Positions 23,508 through 36,567 of a stretch of 64,000 nt of DNA are shown piece after piece. Under the pieces are notes generated by a model. It did not search any database. It saw only the letters and a program-made list of their open reading frames with translations, and was not told the origin of the DNA. The translations under genes and the position numbers were made by a program. Each line of letters starts with the position of its first letter. Position 1 is the stretch's first letter. The DNA comes from Squalus acanthias (lineage: Eukaryota), in assembly GCA_030390025.1 (NCBI GenBank), contig CM059425.1:172920001-172984000 (forward strand), given 5' to 3'.

Positions 23508-26272
23508 AACGAGTGGTGCAAAAATGTCAACCACAGAGAAAGACAGGAAGAGGCCCACTTTAAATAGCGCCCCCCCAGCCCCACAGCGACTGGGAGCGTT
23601 CCAGTCTTCCGGTCGTTGGTTGCGCCAGGCGGAAAGGATGGGGGCGCCACTCAATTTCCACTCCGGGGCGCCACAAGGGCGTTGCACCCTCGTATGACGT
23701 CAAGATCTGCGTGCGCAGGAGATCGCGGTGGTAAAGTTTAGCGCCGCCGCAAAATGTCTAGTTAAGTTCGCGAGCGGCGCAAACTAGATGCTTTGCGCCC
23801 CATTAGCGCACTCTTAAGGCGCTAACGGGAGGCGCAACCAACTGAATTTTTCCCCCTATGTCTTCTATTTACATAATTTAATTGTGCAGGGAAAGGTGTG
23901 CTGTCATCAATTTACCACACAAGCAACCATATTGCCTTACCGCAGTGAAGTGCATTAAATAATCTCTCTGTAGTCAGACCACGCACCTGAGTTTACATTG
24001 GAACAATAGTATTGGTGTAAAGCCTGTGTTGAGTGATGTAGGTTTTCACTTAGTTGTGAAAAATTGCTCTGGAATAAAGTCCATATTGTATTAACACCAT
24101 TGCAAATTTTCCAGTGTAAGCAGTTTCCTGACAACTGTATTAGATATATGGGGATGGGAGGGTTTAGGAAGCTGTCAGTTGCAGGTTGACATATAACATG
24201 CACAGAATGAATGAGCCTGAACATTGTTAACTTCAACACCAGCTCTAAAATATTCATGACCAAACACCAACTGACAAAGAATGATGGGCTGAAATTAAAG
24301 ATGGTTAGAAGAAAACTGAATCAATCATTCTAGGAATTGATTCCCTTTACTGCAACTGTGATTAGATAAATTAATTTCAGACTTCATGAAGGTTGATGAG
24401 TATACTCTGACATTTCTGACATTTACTACTTTTCTTCATTGGAAGCTATTTTTTAGCTGTGTTTAATATAACAGGATTGAATAGAGTACAAGTCACCAAT
24501 AATTTGCAAGACACACATTTGAGAAATGCATTATGGCTTAATCTAGTGGCACTGTAGTTAATGCACAGTCCTTGAGATGCTGGTTTGAATCCTAAGGGTT
24601 CCAAGACATAAATCTCAGTCATTTGTGTCACTACCACAAGAGGCTCCCTTTTGTAATGTTTTCAATATTGCACTTAGCTCTCTGTGCATCAAGGAAGAGA
24701 AAGTAGCACTGATTTCTTCTGCTGTACACATGGGAAGTGCTTATTCCCTGGGTGCAAGGAAGAAGAAAAAGGGAGAACAACCATGATGCTGAGTCGCTGC
24801 CCCATTTGCCTTGCCTGGGTATTTCCTGGTGTCCATCGAGTGGCGAGGGGCACGGAGCACTGGTGCCTACTGCAGACACAATTTTCCTGTCTAAATGCTG
24901 AGCTGGCGCTCATTAGAAAGGAAGTCCAGAAGTATGGAACTTGCTCGCAACCCCGCTCAGATTGAAGGACCTGAGAAGGGCTGACAGGAAGACCATGGAG
25001 AATGGATCTGTTGGACCCCAGTATCTATATATTTTTTGCCAGCTGCTACCTCTAGTGAATTTTCTGGTATCTGGGCTAACAAAGGAATCAAGTATTACTT
25101 TAGGACCAAAAAACATTTCCCTATCTCAAAGTCTCTCAGCAAGGTAGCTCTTATCAGTGCTACTAGCTACAATATTTTGGAGATGTCCACAGCTTACGTG
25201 CCTGCTTTCCCAAACAAAGGAAGGCAGTGGTACTAATTTATAGGATACAAATGAATTTAGAGAAAAAGCAAATGGGAAAAAAATCCAAGCGAAATTCTTA
25301 GCAATCAAATTATATATTTATGATTTCTGGGATTTCTTTTTTTAACTTTCAATGATATTCTAATATTCCTAGGACTGCTTCAGTGCTTTCCAATTTACTT
25401 TTTTTCTTTTCTTTTCATAATTATATAATTATAATTTTCCCTGAAGCAAAAGAGCAGTATAATAATCCACAACACAATCTCGTTCTTCTATTACAGAAAC
25501 ATTTCCCTACCCTTTCTGTCAATGAGCAGAAAAAGCACAGTGTTAAAGACAGATCTTGCTTATCTTCTTACTGAATATTATGATAACAAGCACCATGCTC
25601 CAAAGAACTGAAGCTGATAAATGAAGAAAATAACACAATGATGGAAGCTAGCATGAGTCCATACTGAAAAATGTCTTAAAGGGACAAGTGTTCTTTAGAT
25701 CTCTCCATATCTCATGATATCTAGAGTATAACCGTTAATCTATGACTGATATAGCTAAGACTGAGCAATTTGCCTTTTTCTCCCCTCAAAATAATAGATC
25801 CCTTGTCCTATATCGTTGATGAGCAATATCAGTGCAATTTATTCTGCTCTTCCCTATACACTACCACATTCAAGTGCTCAAAATCAACAACATTGAATTT
25901 CTTAGTTTGTCTCCAAAAAGTAATGACAAGAACTTGAGAGCTGACTGCGAGCTCTAAAATTGCAATTGGATTAAACCTTAGAAACTGACAACTTTTGGAC
26001 AGCTCTGATGAAAACAGCATTGCAAAATAAGCAGCTGCTCTTGATAGCCCTGACTTAAAGTCAAGGGCGGCTAAATTTGATGCACGATCTGCCCACACTT
26101 GTTGAAAGTGATGCAGGCAGCACGCGAAATTCGTGTTGCCTGCTAATTAACATGAATGAAGCGCTGAGTCCGGCACTGAGAGTGCTGCTGATTGGCTCAT
26201 TTTCGTGGGAAGTGTGATCTCTATTTAAAGGTTGCCTGCAGAGTGAAATGCTGTCTGCAGTTCTTAAATGGG

Positions 26273-28450
26273 AGGTGCTTTCTAAAGGAAGCTCCTGATT
26301 GTCAGTGTAGCGAAGGAAAGGGGAAGGAACCTATGGCTCAACAGGGCAGAGAAAGGGCACCTCGGTTAGTGCAGGGGGTCGAAAGGAGGAGACAGGTCCT
26401 CTACCCGCTGGGAGCCAGGAGGCCCACCAGACAGAGTGGTAGAAGGCGGTGGGAGCAGATTTCTGAAGAGGTCAGTGCCACCAGTCTTTCCCCCAGGACC
26501 TAGATCCAGTGCCGAAAGAAGTTTAATGACATCACACGAGTGGTCAAGGTGAGTGAATACATCTTCAAAAGCCCTATCTCACCAACTGATGATACAAAGC
26601 TAGGTGGGAATGTAAGTTGTGAGGAGGATGCAAAGAGGCTTCAAGGGGATATAGACAGGCTAAGTGAGTGAGCAAGAACATGGCAAATGGAATATAATGT
26701 GGAGAAATGTGGTGAAGTTATCCACTTTGGTAGGAAAAATAGAAAAGCAGAGTATTTTTTAAATGGTGAGAGATTGGGAAATGTTGGTGTTCAGAGGGAC
26801 CTGGGTGTCCTTGTACACAAATCACTGAAAGTTAACATGCAGGTACAGCAAGCAATTAGGAAAGCAAATGGTATGTTGGCCTTTATTTCAAGTGGATTTG
26901 AGTATAAGAGTAAAGAGGTCTTACTGCAATTATATAGGGCCCTGATGAGACCACACCTGGAGTATTGTGTACAGTTTTGGTCTTCTTACCTAAGGAAGGA
27001 TATACTTGCCATAGAGAGAGTGCAATGAAGGTTCACCAGACTGATTCCTGGGATGGAGGGATTGTCCTATGAGGAGAGATTGAGTAGACCAGGCCTATAT
27101 TCTCTAGAGTTTAGAAGAATGAGTCTTGACAGGGTAGATGCAGGGAGGATGTTTCCCCTGGCTGGGGCGTCTAGAATCAGGGGTCACAGTCTCAGAATAA
27201 GGGGTCGGCCATTTAGGACTGAGATGAGGAGAAATTTCTTCACTCAGAGGGTGGTGAATCTTTGGAATTCTCTACCCCAGAGGGCTGTGGAGGCTCAGTC
27301 GTTGAGTATATTTAAGACAGTGATCGATAGATTTTTGGATATTAAGGGAATTGAGGGATATGGGGATAGTGCAGGAAAGTGGAGTTGAGGTGGAAGATCA
27401 GCCATGATCTTATTGAATGGCGGAGCAGGCTCGAGGGGCCGAATGGCCTACTGCTGCTCCTATTTCTTATGTTCTTATGTAACTGCACCACTAGCCTCAC
27501 ACACTGCTCAATGCACCACACCCCCATCACTCACCTACCAACAATCTCTAGCAATCACGACTCATACCTCACAATCATAGCTTCACCTCACCCTCACACA
27601 CTGTTGCAAGACTCACACCCACATCTCACATCTTGTACACAATGCCAGCTATTCAACCATGACAGGCACATCATCCAAACACATTGCACCACACTCACTG
27701 ACACTCTTCCCTTTCTATTGCAGGCCAAGGTGGCACATAACTGCAGCCAGCAGCAGCTAACAGGCAGCGGGAAGGCACGGCTGCAGAACCTGACCCAGCT
27801 GGAGGAGATGGTGCTGGATATCATTGGAGTGGCTGTTACTGAAGCTGTGGCAATTGGCGAGGCTAAAAGCATTGAAGATGACGGTATGCTCCTCCAGCTG
27901 GGTCAGGTTCTGCAGCCGTGCCTGCCCCCTGCCTAATCCTTCTCACATCCCACTTCCGCGTCATCCCCAATCTCTTCTCACTTATAAGCTGATGGTGTAA
28001 GCATGCACATCTTGCTTTCTCCCCTCCCCTCACCACAACCCGAACCTTATGCCTTTCTTCTTTCAGATACCCAAGAACTCCAAGTAGCTCAGCCTGTGCA
28101 TGAAGAACTAGAGGAGGAGAGCGATAGAGAAGGAGAGACACCGTCACTCGATCTGACCCTCCCAGGCACCAGCTCAGAAAATGGCACTGCACAAATTTTA
28201 AAGGGTAGTCTAGAGGCGGGATCTGCACATGGTGAGTCACCCAGCACGAGTGGGCTGCAGCCAGGGCAGGGGGAAAGGGTAGCGCAGGTGCCAGCTCCCC
28301 AGAGGGCGAAGACGCACATGAGTTCTGCTATAGAGGAGTCAGATGAGGACTTTGATGGGGCGGCCTTGAAGAAGGGTGATGGGCATTCACGCAGAGATGC
28401 TTAGTGCATTGGCAGGCCTGCCAGAGAGCCTGTTGTCACTCTCAGGGAGC
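26273..28450 (+). pseudogene. Harbinger Myb/SANT gene; exons ~26273-26548, 27724-27882, 28067-28450 (truncated)
   Basis: MAQQGRERAPR...WEQISEEVSA..PRT*IQCRKKFNDITRVVK then GTGAGT; stop codon and deletion present. Confidence 0.85.
26589..27480 (+). mobile_element. CR1 LINE, 5'-truncated, in Myb intron 1
   Basis: DDTKL..., MEYNVEKC..., RPHLEYCVQFW, FFTQRVVNLWN; 3'UTR and tail; flanked by AACTG direct repeat. Confidence 0.93.
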
Positions 28451-28571
28451 AAGAATGCTTGTTTTGTGGTGGCTTTCATTCAGCATTGTGGCCAAGAGTA
28501 CGCTGATATGTTCTGTGAGAGAGGGATTGTAAGGTGGGGAAGTGTTGAGCAAAGGGGATGTGCCGTTTCAT

Positions 28572-29749
28572 TAAGGGGATCTGGAATCTGATGATGCGTT
28601 CATGGACAGCCCATCCAGAATGAAGATTTGCAGGCTGCCTCCTCCCTTACTCCTCCTCCTCCCCATCTTCCTCCTGCTTCTCCTCTTCCTTCTCCTCCTT
28701 CTCTTCCTCCTCCTCCTCCTCCAGAGGTGGTCGCAAAACTCGTGGTGGCAAGGGCTGCACCCTCATGATGGCAAAGTTGTGGAGGAGGCAGAAGACCACC
28801 ACGAATTGAGACACTTGCTCTGGCGAATACTGGAGGGCTCCTCCTGAGTGGTGAAGGTAATGGAACCGTTGCTTGAGTGTCCCGATGGTCTGCTCAATGA
28901 GGTTCCTCATGGCAGCGTGGCTGTCATTATATGATTGCTGGCCACGAGTAGTGGGGTTGTGGAAGGGAGTCATCAGCCAGGTGTAGAGCCACTAGCTCTT
29001 GTCGCCTAGCAGCCACCCTCAGGTTCAACATAGTGGCTGGAAGATTGCTGGCACAACGGACTGGTGCAGGATGAAAGCATCATGACTGCTGCCAGGATAC
29101 CGGATATTCACCATCATGAAGTGCTGATCGCACACTAACTGCACATTAAATGAGTGGTAGCCTTTGTGGTTACAGTACATCTCACCATTGATATGCGATG
29201 CCCGCAAAGCCACATGTGTGCGGTCGATGGCACTCTGCACCCTGAGGAAGCCCAATAACCTGGCAAAGCCACATGTGCGCTCCTCCTGCTTCTCTCGGTT
29301 CAGAGAGAAGACAATGAAGCCCCTTCTCCTAGAGTACTGAGCCTCTGTGACCTCCCGGATGCACCAACGGCTGGCGAACTGCGAGTTTTTTGCTATGTCG
29401 CCTGTTCCAGCCTGGAAGGATCCGCTGGCGAAAATAATTCAGGGCCACGGTCACCTTGAGGGCCACTGGCAGAGCTGTTGTTGCCCTGCTCTTAGGCTGC
29501 AGTTCTGGTTCCAAGAGGTGGCAGAGTTCTGTGACCACCTCCTTGGTGAAGCGGAGCTGCCGAACACACTGCTCCTGGCTTAGGTGCAGTTAGGAGAAGT
29601 GTTCCCTGAAGATCCTAGGTGGCTAAGGCCTCCTGCTGAGTGCCCTCCTCCTCCTCCTCTTCCCACTGCGAGCAGCTTGTCTTCTTTGCTGCCTCTGCTC
29701 CATCTCCCTGTCATGCTGCAGCGCAAGGTGGACTGCAACTAGAGGCCCC
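28572..29749 (-). pseudogene. Harbinger transposase
   Basis: [45 protein letters not shown]; acidic tail; frameshifts. Confidence 0.9.
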
Positions 29750-30211
29750 GTGACTGGGAGCAAGTGGTGTACTCAGAGGTCTTCCAGTAGCAGCCAACGC
29801 CTTCCCAACATCCAGCAGCACTTCCTGCACACTTTAACAACTTTTGAAATGTCTTCCAGCAACCTATTATTCATACAAACTCTGCAAGAGCCAGTAAAAG
29901 AGCAATAATCAACTTACCTGTATGTTGGATCTATCCATTTAAATAGCGCTGGTGGCAGGGGGTCCCTCGTGCAGCTGAACACACGGTCAGCTGAGCGTCT
30001 TTTCGAGAGGGTGTTGTTTGGAACGGTGATGTCCAAAATGGCAGGTGAAATCAGCGTTATATGCCGACTGATGTCACGATCTTCCTACTTTGCATACTGC
30101 CGGCGCACGCATGTCTCGCCTGTGAACAGCGCAGGCTGTGCCCTGGAAGTGGGTGGAAGCGAGGTGGACGGCATTTTTTTTTTCAAAACCGGCCTTAACT
30201 ACCGGCACTAT

Positions 30212-31042
30212 GGGGGCGATTTTGTGACTGGGGGCGCGTTGGAGGCGGGACTGCTGCTTGTCGGGTCGATGTCCCGCCTCCATCGATTTGTGGCCAACCC
30301 ACGCTATTTTCCCTTGATTGACCTTGTTAAGCCCGCCTAGCGGGCTTAGCAGGCCAATCAAGGGAAAGCCGGTTGCAGAGCACGTCAACGTAAGACGTTT
30401 CATCTGTCAAAAATTTTTGACAGATGAATTGTCATCGTTTGACAGCTCTGTGAAGCTGTCAAACAGTGACATTCTCTGCAGTTTGATGAGGTCTTGAATA
30501 CAAGACCCCATCAAACTTCTTTCTTTAACAGAATTGAGATGGTTGTTGCATCTGTGAATGCAACGGCCACCTGTCAATCCCAACGCGGAGGTGCGAGATT
30601 CTCCGCATACAAACCGACTGAAGCCTGCAGGAAGGAACAAAGGTAAGTACACTTTTAATAACACTTTGCACTTACCTCAGATACTCACCTCTACACTCTT
30701 GCACCCATCACTTACCTTCACAGCACACTTTTGCACCCCGACCCCCGCAGACCCAGTACTCGCCTCACTGAGCTGGCGGGTTTCGGAGTCTTCGGGGAGC
30801 CCGCACTTGTGAGGGCAAAAAGGGGATTATCCTATTTTCTGCCTGTTAACTACCTGTTAACAGGCAGTTAATAGGCTTTAATCCCTTCCCGCCTTCAAGG
30901 AGATGGGACCCGGCGTGGGACGGCTACCCACCTCCTGGGAAGATGGCATGGAGGCGGGTTGGGCACCCGCCCCCAAACTCTACCATTTTCCCAGCAGTCC
31001 CGCCTCCATACCTGCCTCCCCAGGGCTGGCAAAATCACCCCC
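30212..31042. mobile_element. Harbinger-type MITE (831 bp)
   Basis: TIR GGGGGCGATTTT / AAAATCACCCCC; flanks TAT / TAA; homologous to 37046-37800. Confidence 0.85.
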
Positions 31043-31917
31043 TAAGGTGCCGAATTTCACGACCAAGGTATTCTAAACAATTTTTCTCTCAGTATGTGTT
31101 AACACAGAGGTACAGCATTTGCCACAGGGTAATAAATGGAGAGAGTCCTGGAATTCCTTAATCTTCATTATGTGGTCAGTAGAATTGACAATCAGTGTTC
31201 AAGCATATTTCAAAAGGAAGGTATGGGAGGCCAGAACAGCACTCACCCTATATTGCTCATACACTCCCTATAACAAATGTTTCGGTTTTGCACTAGTTTT
31301 TTTCTCAGATTGAGTGTCAGCAATCACTCCTGTAATGGAGCTCAAGTCCCATATGATCTGGAATGCACGTTGTACTGCCAATATCTAGTTAAACAGTAGG
31401 ATGACTTGGGCATCATAATATAGAACTCTTTTTGCATATACCAGCTACCGTAAGCTCGCACGTGCTGCCTCATGTGTTCTCCTGTCTATATGGAAGGCAG
31501 ACTGAAAAGCACTCTAGTGAGGCAATGTATGATTGCAAACCAACAAACTGGTTTATTTCACACAAAATACGTGAAAACAATTTTCACAGTGAGATATGCC
31601 AATTTCCTACCACTTCCCATTCCATGGACAGAAGGGGTGATTTTCCCAATGGAGGCAGGTTGGAGGCAGGTTTCGGTTTGGGTGGGTTCCGAACCCGCCT
31701 CCACTGAGAGCTGGGAAAAACTTGCCATTTTCCCCTAATTGGCCAGTTAATTTCAGAGGTGTGGGTTCCCCCGGGGCCAATTAATGTTTTGGGACTGAAA
31801 CTCGCCTCTGCTGACGTCACTTATCCAGTCTCATTTAAGGGCTGCTTGCTGCCTTGGCTCATTCCACTGGATTTTTGTTGATGCTGCACCACCTCCAACA
31901 TTTTTTGAGAAACTACA

Positions 31918-33853
31918 ATGGCCAATTCCAAGGCAAGGGCCTCCCTGAGGTTCTCAGATGAGTTGCTACGAATGTTGGTTGAGGGGGTGAGAGCCAGCAG
32001 GGAGGCGCTCTTCCACTCATCTGGGAGGAAGAGGCCTCCCAAAGAAACCAAGGCAATCTGGGTGTAGCTGGCAAGGGAGATCACCTCCAGATTGTTGTGT
32101 ACCAGAACCTGGATGCAGTGCCGTAAAAGGTTCAATGACCTTATAAGATCAGGCAAAGTGAGTATACCTTCAGGTTGACCCTCCTTCTGCTCCCCTTCTC
32201 CTCTCATCACCAGCACTCTGCATTGTCAACCTCCTCCTCCTCCACATCCCACTTTACCCTTACAACCCTTGCACCCTTCACCATCCCTCGCACTCTATGA
32301 ACCCAACCACTTGACTATTCGACTATACTGCCCTCACACTTCCTTTCAATGTTATGCAATGACAACGACTAACAATGCACAGGGAGGGCCCTTGGACATG
32401 GATCCTCACTCCATCTTTGTCTCCTTCTAAGCATCTATGCTCTGGACTCTCTACACTCACTCCATCATTCTCACTCCAACTCCACTTGTCTACCTCACTG
32501 CAGGAAAAGAGAGCCCACAATAGAAGGGAAAGGGCGAAGACAGGAGGAGGTCTACCTTCCCTTGCCCATCTCACCCACCCTGGACATCATCGGCGCAGAG
32601 GTGGAGGTGGAAGTGGGGGACGGACAGACGGGCGAGGAAGAGCAAGCTGGTGACAGAATAGTTTTACCTCTCTCTCATTTACACTGCTTGAGTGACTGAA
32701 ATGGCTGCTGGTGTACATTATTAGAATGCCACTTGAGCATCTGCACTATTGCATGTGCATGCCACACTTCAAATGTCTAACCCATGCCTTTACTCCCCCA
32801 CAGGACCATCCACAGAGCCCCCCCACCCCCACTGTCCAGGAGGAAGAGGCTGAGCAGCAAGACTCCACAGGGGAACCTGCAACCTCTGAGGACGCAGCGT
32901 CAGTAGAATTAAGCGCACCCAGCACCAGCGCAGATATGCACACCTTGGTGGGACCTTCGGGACATAGATTAGTGGTGTCACTGTTTGTATCACATCTCAC
33001 AGGTGAGCATCAGCAGGTGGTGGAGACAGGGACAGCAGTGGAGAGTCCTCGGCGGAGGGCGCAGGACTCTCCTAGCTCTGCTCCACTGCATGTGGACCCT
33101 GTGCCTCTGGGTCCATCCAGAAATAGAGCGGTGCTGGAACTCCAGGAGCAGGTGCAGGAGTCTCTGACAGGTCTTGTCTCCAGGGTCACTGCGAGTGTGG
33201 AGAGGATGGAGGAGTCCAACTCTAACCTGAGCAGGGCTGTTGGGGAGGCAATGACGCATATACGCAGCACCATGGAAAGGATGGCAACCTCTGTGGAAAG
33301 ACTGGCTACGGCCATGGAGGCAATAAGTCACCGGAGTGAGGAAAACATGGTGATTGTTCAGAATAGACTGACATCTCTGGAGGAGCGATGGGCAGCTTTT
33401 GAACAGAGAAACCAGAGCCTCATGGAAGTCCTTTTGAGTAGGATTGCCAGTGCATATACGGGTCCCCATGGACCCACTGATGTGCAGCAAGGTGCTCTCA
33501 AGCCACTTGCAAGCGCTGAGGTGGACCTGACCCATGAGAGGGAAGTTGGTGGCAGACAACAAGGAAGTGGGAGCTCTTCTCCAAGCGCTCACACTTCCAA
33601 TCCACTGCGTAGCCCTCGGTCAGAGCCCCAACAGAGTCCGCACCCAACTGAGATGGACGTCTCAGCCCCTGCACTGCCGCAGGAGGAGCAGGCGTTTGGC
33701 CAGCCCTCACAGGCTCATAAACCCAGAGGACACCTGCCAAAGGTGTTGAAGCAGGAGCAGCATCAAAGTGAGCAAGGGGCCGCCACTTCTGCTGAAACCA
33801 CAGGGGGAGCACCACGTAGGAGCACGCGAAAGAGAAAAATAAAGCACCATTAG
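31918..33853 (+). pseudogene. Harbinger Myb/SANT gene; exons 31918-32157, ~32504-32649, 32804-33853
   Basis: MANSKARASLRFSDELL...W(V*)...QCRKRFNDL; premature TAG in exon 1; exon 3 still open, ending PRRSTRKRKIKHH. Confidence 0.85.
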
Positions 33854-34073
33854 TCACAGGGGTAGCCACTTGAGTGAATGTTTATGTGTATTGATGAAAT
33901 GCCATCCCTGTTGGAAAGGAAAAAAGTGATTTGATGGCAAACTGTTGGCTTGATGGCATCTGTTATTTTGCCTTAGGCAACTCCACACTGCGGGCTCCGC
34001 GACACTTGCGTGGTCAGGTTGGTGGCCAGAGCAAAAGGAGGCCAGAGAGTCATGTCTTGCCAACATGGGCAAC

Positions 34074-35329
34074 CTATGCAAACCTGGCCAGGATAAGTGC
34101 ATGCCTTGCATCACGGGCAGCCATGTGCTCGCGTGCTGCCGCTGCTGCTGGTCGATAGGCCGGCGCTCGGTCCTCCTCCTGCTCCTCCTCCTCCTCCTGC
34201 TCCTCCTCCTCCTCATCCTCATCCTCATCCTCATCTGAGGAGGCTATGAACTGAGCCACTTGCTCATCAGGAAGCTGCAAGCCACGACGCTGTGCCATAT
34301 TGTGCAGTGCACAGCAGACCACGACCATTCTGGAGACCCTGGCTGTTATATACTGCAGGGCTCCAGCTGATCTGTTAAGGCATCGGAAGCGCATCTTCAA
34401 CAAGCCAATGGTTTGCTCGATGATGGACCTGGTCGAAGTGTGGCTGGCGTTGTAGCTCTCTTCAGCCTCGTTAGCTGGCCTCCTTATTGGCGTCATTAGC
34501 CACTTCTTCAGGGGGTAGCCCTTGTCACCAAGGAGCCATCCATTAAGTTGGTTTGGCAGATTGAAGAGCGGAGGAACACTAGAGTTCCGCAGGATGAACA
34601 AGTCATGGCAACTACCACAGAACTTGCTGTAAAATCTCCTTCTTGTGGTTACACACCAGCTGAACGTTGAAGGAGTGGAAGCCCTTGCGGTTGACAAAGA
34701 TAGCTGGGTTGTGATGGGTTGCCCTAAGGGCCACATGTGTGCAGTCTATGACACCCTGCACCATTGGCAAGCCTGCCATATTTGCAAAGCCAACTGAACA
34801 CGCGGTGACACTTGCTTGATCCCTTGAGAAGTGGATGTAATTGTGCGCCTTTGCGAAAAGGGCATCGGTAACCTGCGTGATGCAACTGTGGGAGGCCGAC
34901 TGGAAGATGCTGCTGATGTCTGCTGATGATCCCTAGAAGGAGCCTGAGGTAAAAAAAGTTGAGGGCGGTGGTGACTTTGACAGCCACTGGTAAGGGGTGT
35001 CCACCCGTTCCTCTGGGCTCCAGGTGTTGGTGCAGCAGTCCGCAGATTTCTTGGACAACCTCTCGCGAAAGTCTTAGCCTCCTTTGGCACTGCTGCTGAC
35101 TCATGTTGAGGTAGCTCATCCTCTGTCTGTAAAGCCTCTGTTGGGGGTATCTCCTGCGGCGACGTGCTTCCATGCGCTGGCGCCTTCTGCCCTGTGCACC
35201 ATCAGATGGGTGAGCAGGAGGTTGGGGCTCCTGCTGCTGTTGCTACTGAGCTGCCTGGTTCTGCTGCTGCCGTGGCTGCTCCTCATCCGAATCTGAGCTC
35301 CATGGTGAAAGGAAATAAATGGTTCCCAT
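34074..35329 (-). pseudogene. Harbinger transposase
   Basis: MGTIYFLSPWSSDSDEEQ...[10 protein letters not shown]...LLGDKGYPL...[16 protein letters not shown]...ARFA*; frameshifts. Confidence 0.9.
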
Positions 35330-35519
35330 GCTGCTGGCAGATGCCTCCATTGGGGAAGCGCTCAGTCCAAGTGGGGAGCGGGTCTTCCAAGGAGGTCCCA
35401 CAGTTGAGAGATAGAAGATACAGCACCTCCGACTTCGGTAGGCCTGCTAAAAGTGCTGAAAGACCTTTTGAACCAAAGTTCTGCCACCTGCAACTGATCC
35501 CTGATGAAAGCTCCGTTTT

Positions 35520-36567
35520 AAGAACATAAGAACATAAGAAATAGGAGCAGGAGTAGGCCAATCGGCCCCTCGAGCCTGCTCCGCCATTCAATAAGATCAT
35601 GGCTGATCTGATCCTAACCTCAAATCTAAAGAACACAAGAAGTAGGAGCAGGACCCGGCCACTCAGCCCCTGGGCCCGCTCCGCCACCCACAGGGCCTTG
35701 ACCGATCCGAACTCAGCCTCATGTCCAATTTCCTGCCTGCTCCCCGTAACCCCTAATTCCCTTTACTTCTAGGAAACTGTCTATTTCTGTTTTAAATTTA
35801 TTTAATGATGTAGCTTCCACAACTTCCTGGGGCAGCAAATTCCACAGACCTACTACCCTCTGAGTGAAGAAGTTTGTCCTCATCTCAGTTTTGAAAGAGC
35901 AGCCCCTTATTCTAAGATTATGCCCCCTAGTTCTAGTTTCACCCATCATTGGGAACATCCTCACCGCATCCACCCGATCAAGCCCCTTCACAATCTTATA
36001 TGTTTCAATAAGATCGCCTCTCATTCTTCTGAACTCCAATGAGTAGAGTCCCAATCTACGCAACCTCTCCTCATATGTCCACCCCCTCATCCCCGGGATT
36101 AACCGAGTGAACCTTCTTTGTACTGCCTCGAGAGCAAGTATGTCTTTTCTTAAGTATGGACACCAAAACTGTATGCAGTATTCCAGGTGCGGTCTCACCA
36201 ATACCTTATATAACTGCAGCAATACCTCCCTGTTTTTATAATCTATCCCCCTAGCAATAAAAGCCAACATTCCGTTGGCCTTCTTGATCACCTGCTGCAC
36301 CTGCATACTAACTTTTTGATTTTCTTGCACTAGGACCCCCAGATCCCTTTGTACTGCAGTACTTTCCAGTTTCTCGCCATTAAGATAATAACTTGCTCTC
36401 TGATTTTTCCTGCCAAAGTGCATAACCTCACATTTTCCAATATTGAATTGCATCTGCCAAATCTCCGCCCACTCACCCAGCCTGTTGTATCCCCTTGTAG
36501 GTTTTTTATGTCCACCTCACTTTCTACTTTCCCTCCCATCTTTGTATCATCTGCAAACTTTGATATG
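35520..36567 (-). mobile_element. CR1 LINE, 5'-truncated, with a doubled 3'UTR
   Basis: 244-aa open ORF2 C-terminus (35719-36453); (TAAGAACA)n tail at 35520. Confidence 0.95.

Larger units (their letters stand above)
19743..23856. mobile_element. Full-length, near-intact Harbinger transposon (4114 bp)
   Basis: TIR GGGGGAGAAATTCAGT / ACTGAATTTTTCCCCC (15/16 match); TSD TAT at 19740-19742 and 23857-23859; CpG-rich ends; two convergent genes. Confidence 0.97.
26060..31064. mobile_element. Degenerate Harbinger element (family A) with a nested CR1 and a nested MITE
   Basis: Myb on +, transposase on -; right end AATTTCACGACC at 31053-31064; left end approximate. Confidence 0.88.

Noticed and set aside
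24540..24610. tRNA-like sequence with GGTTTGAATCC B box
   Set aside because: No convincing cloverleaf; at most a decayed SINE head
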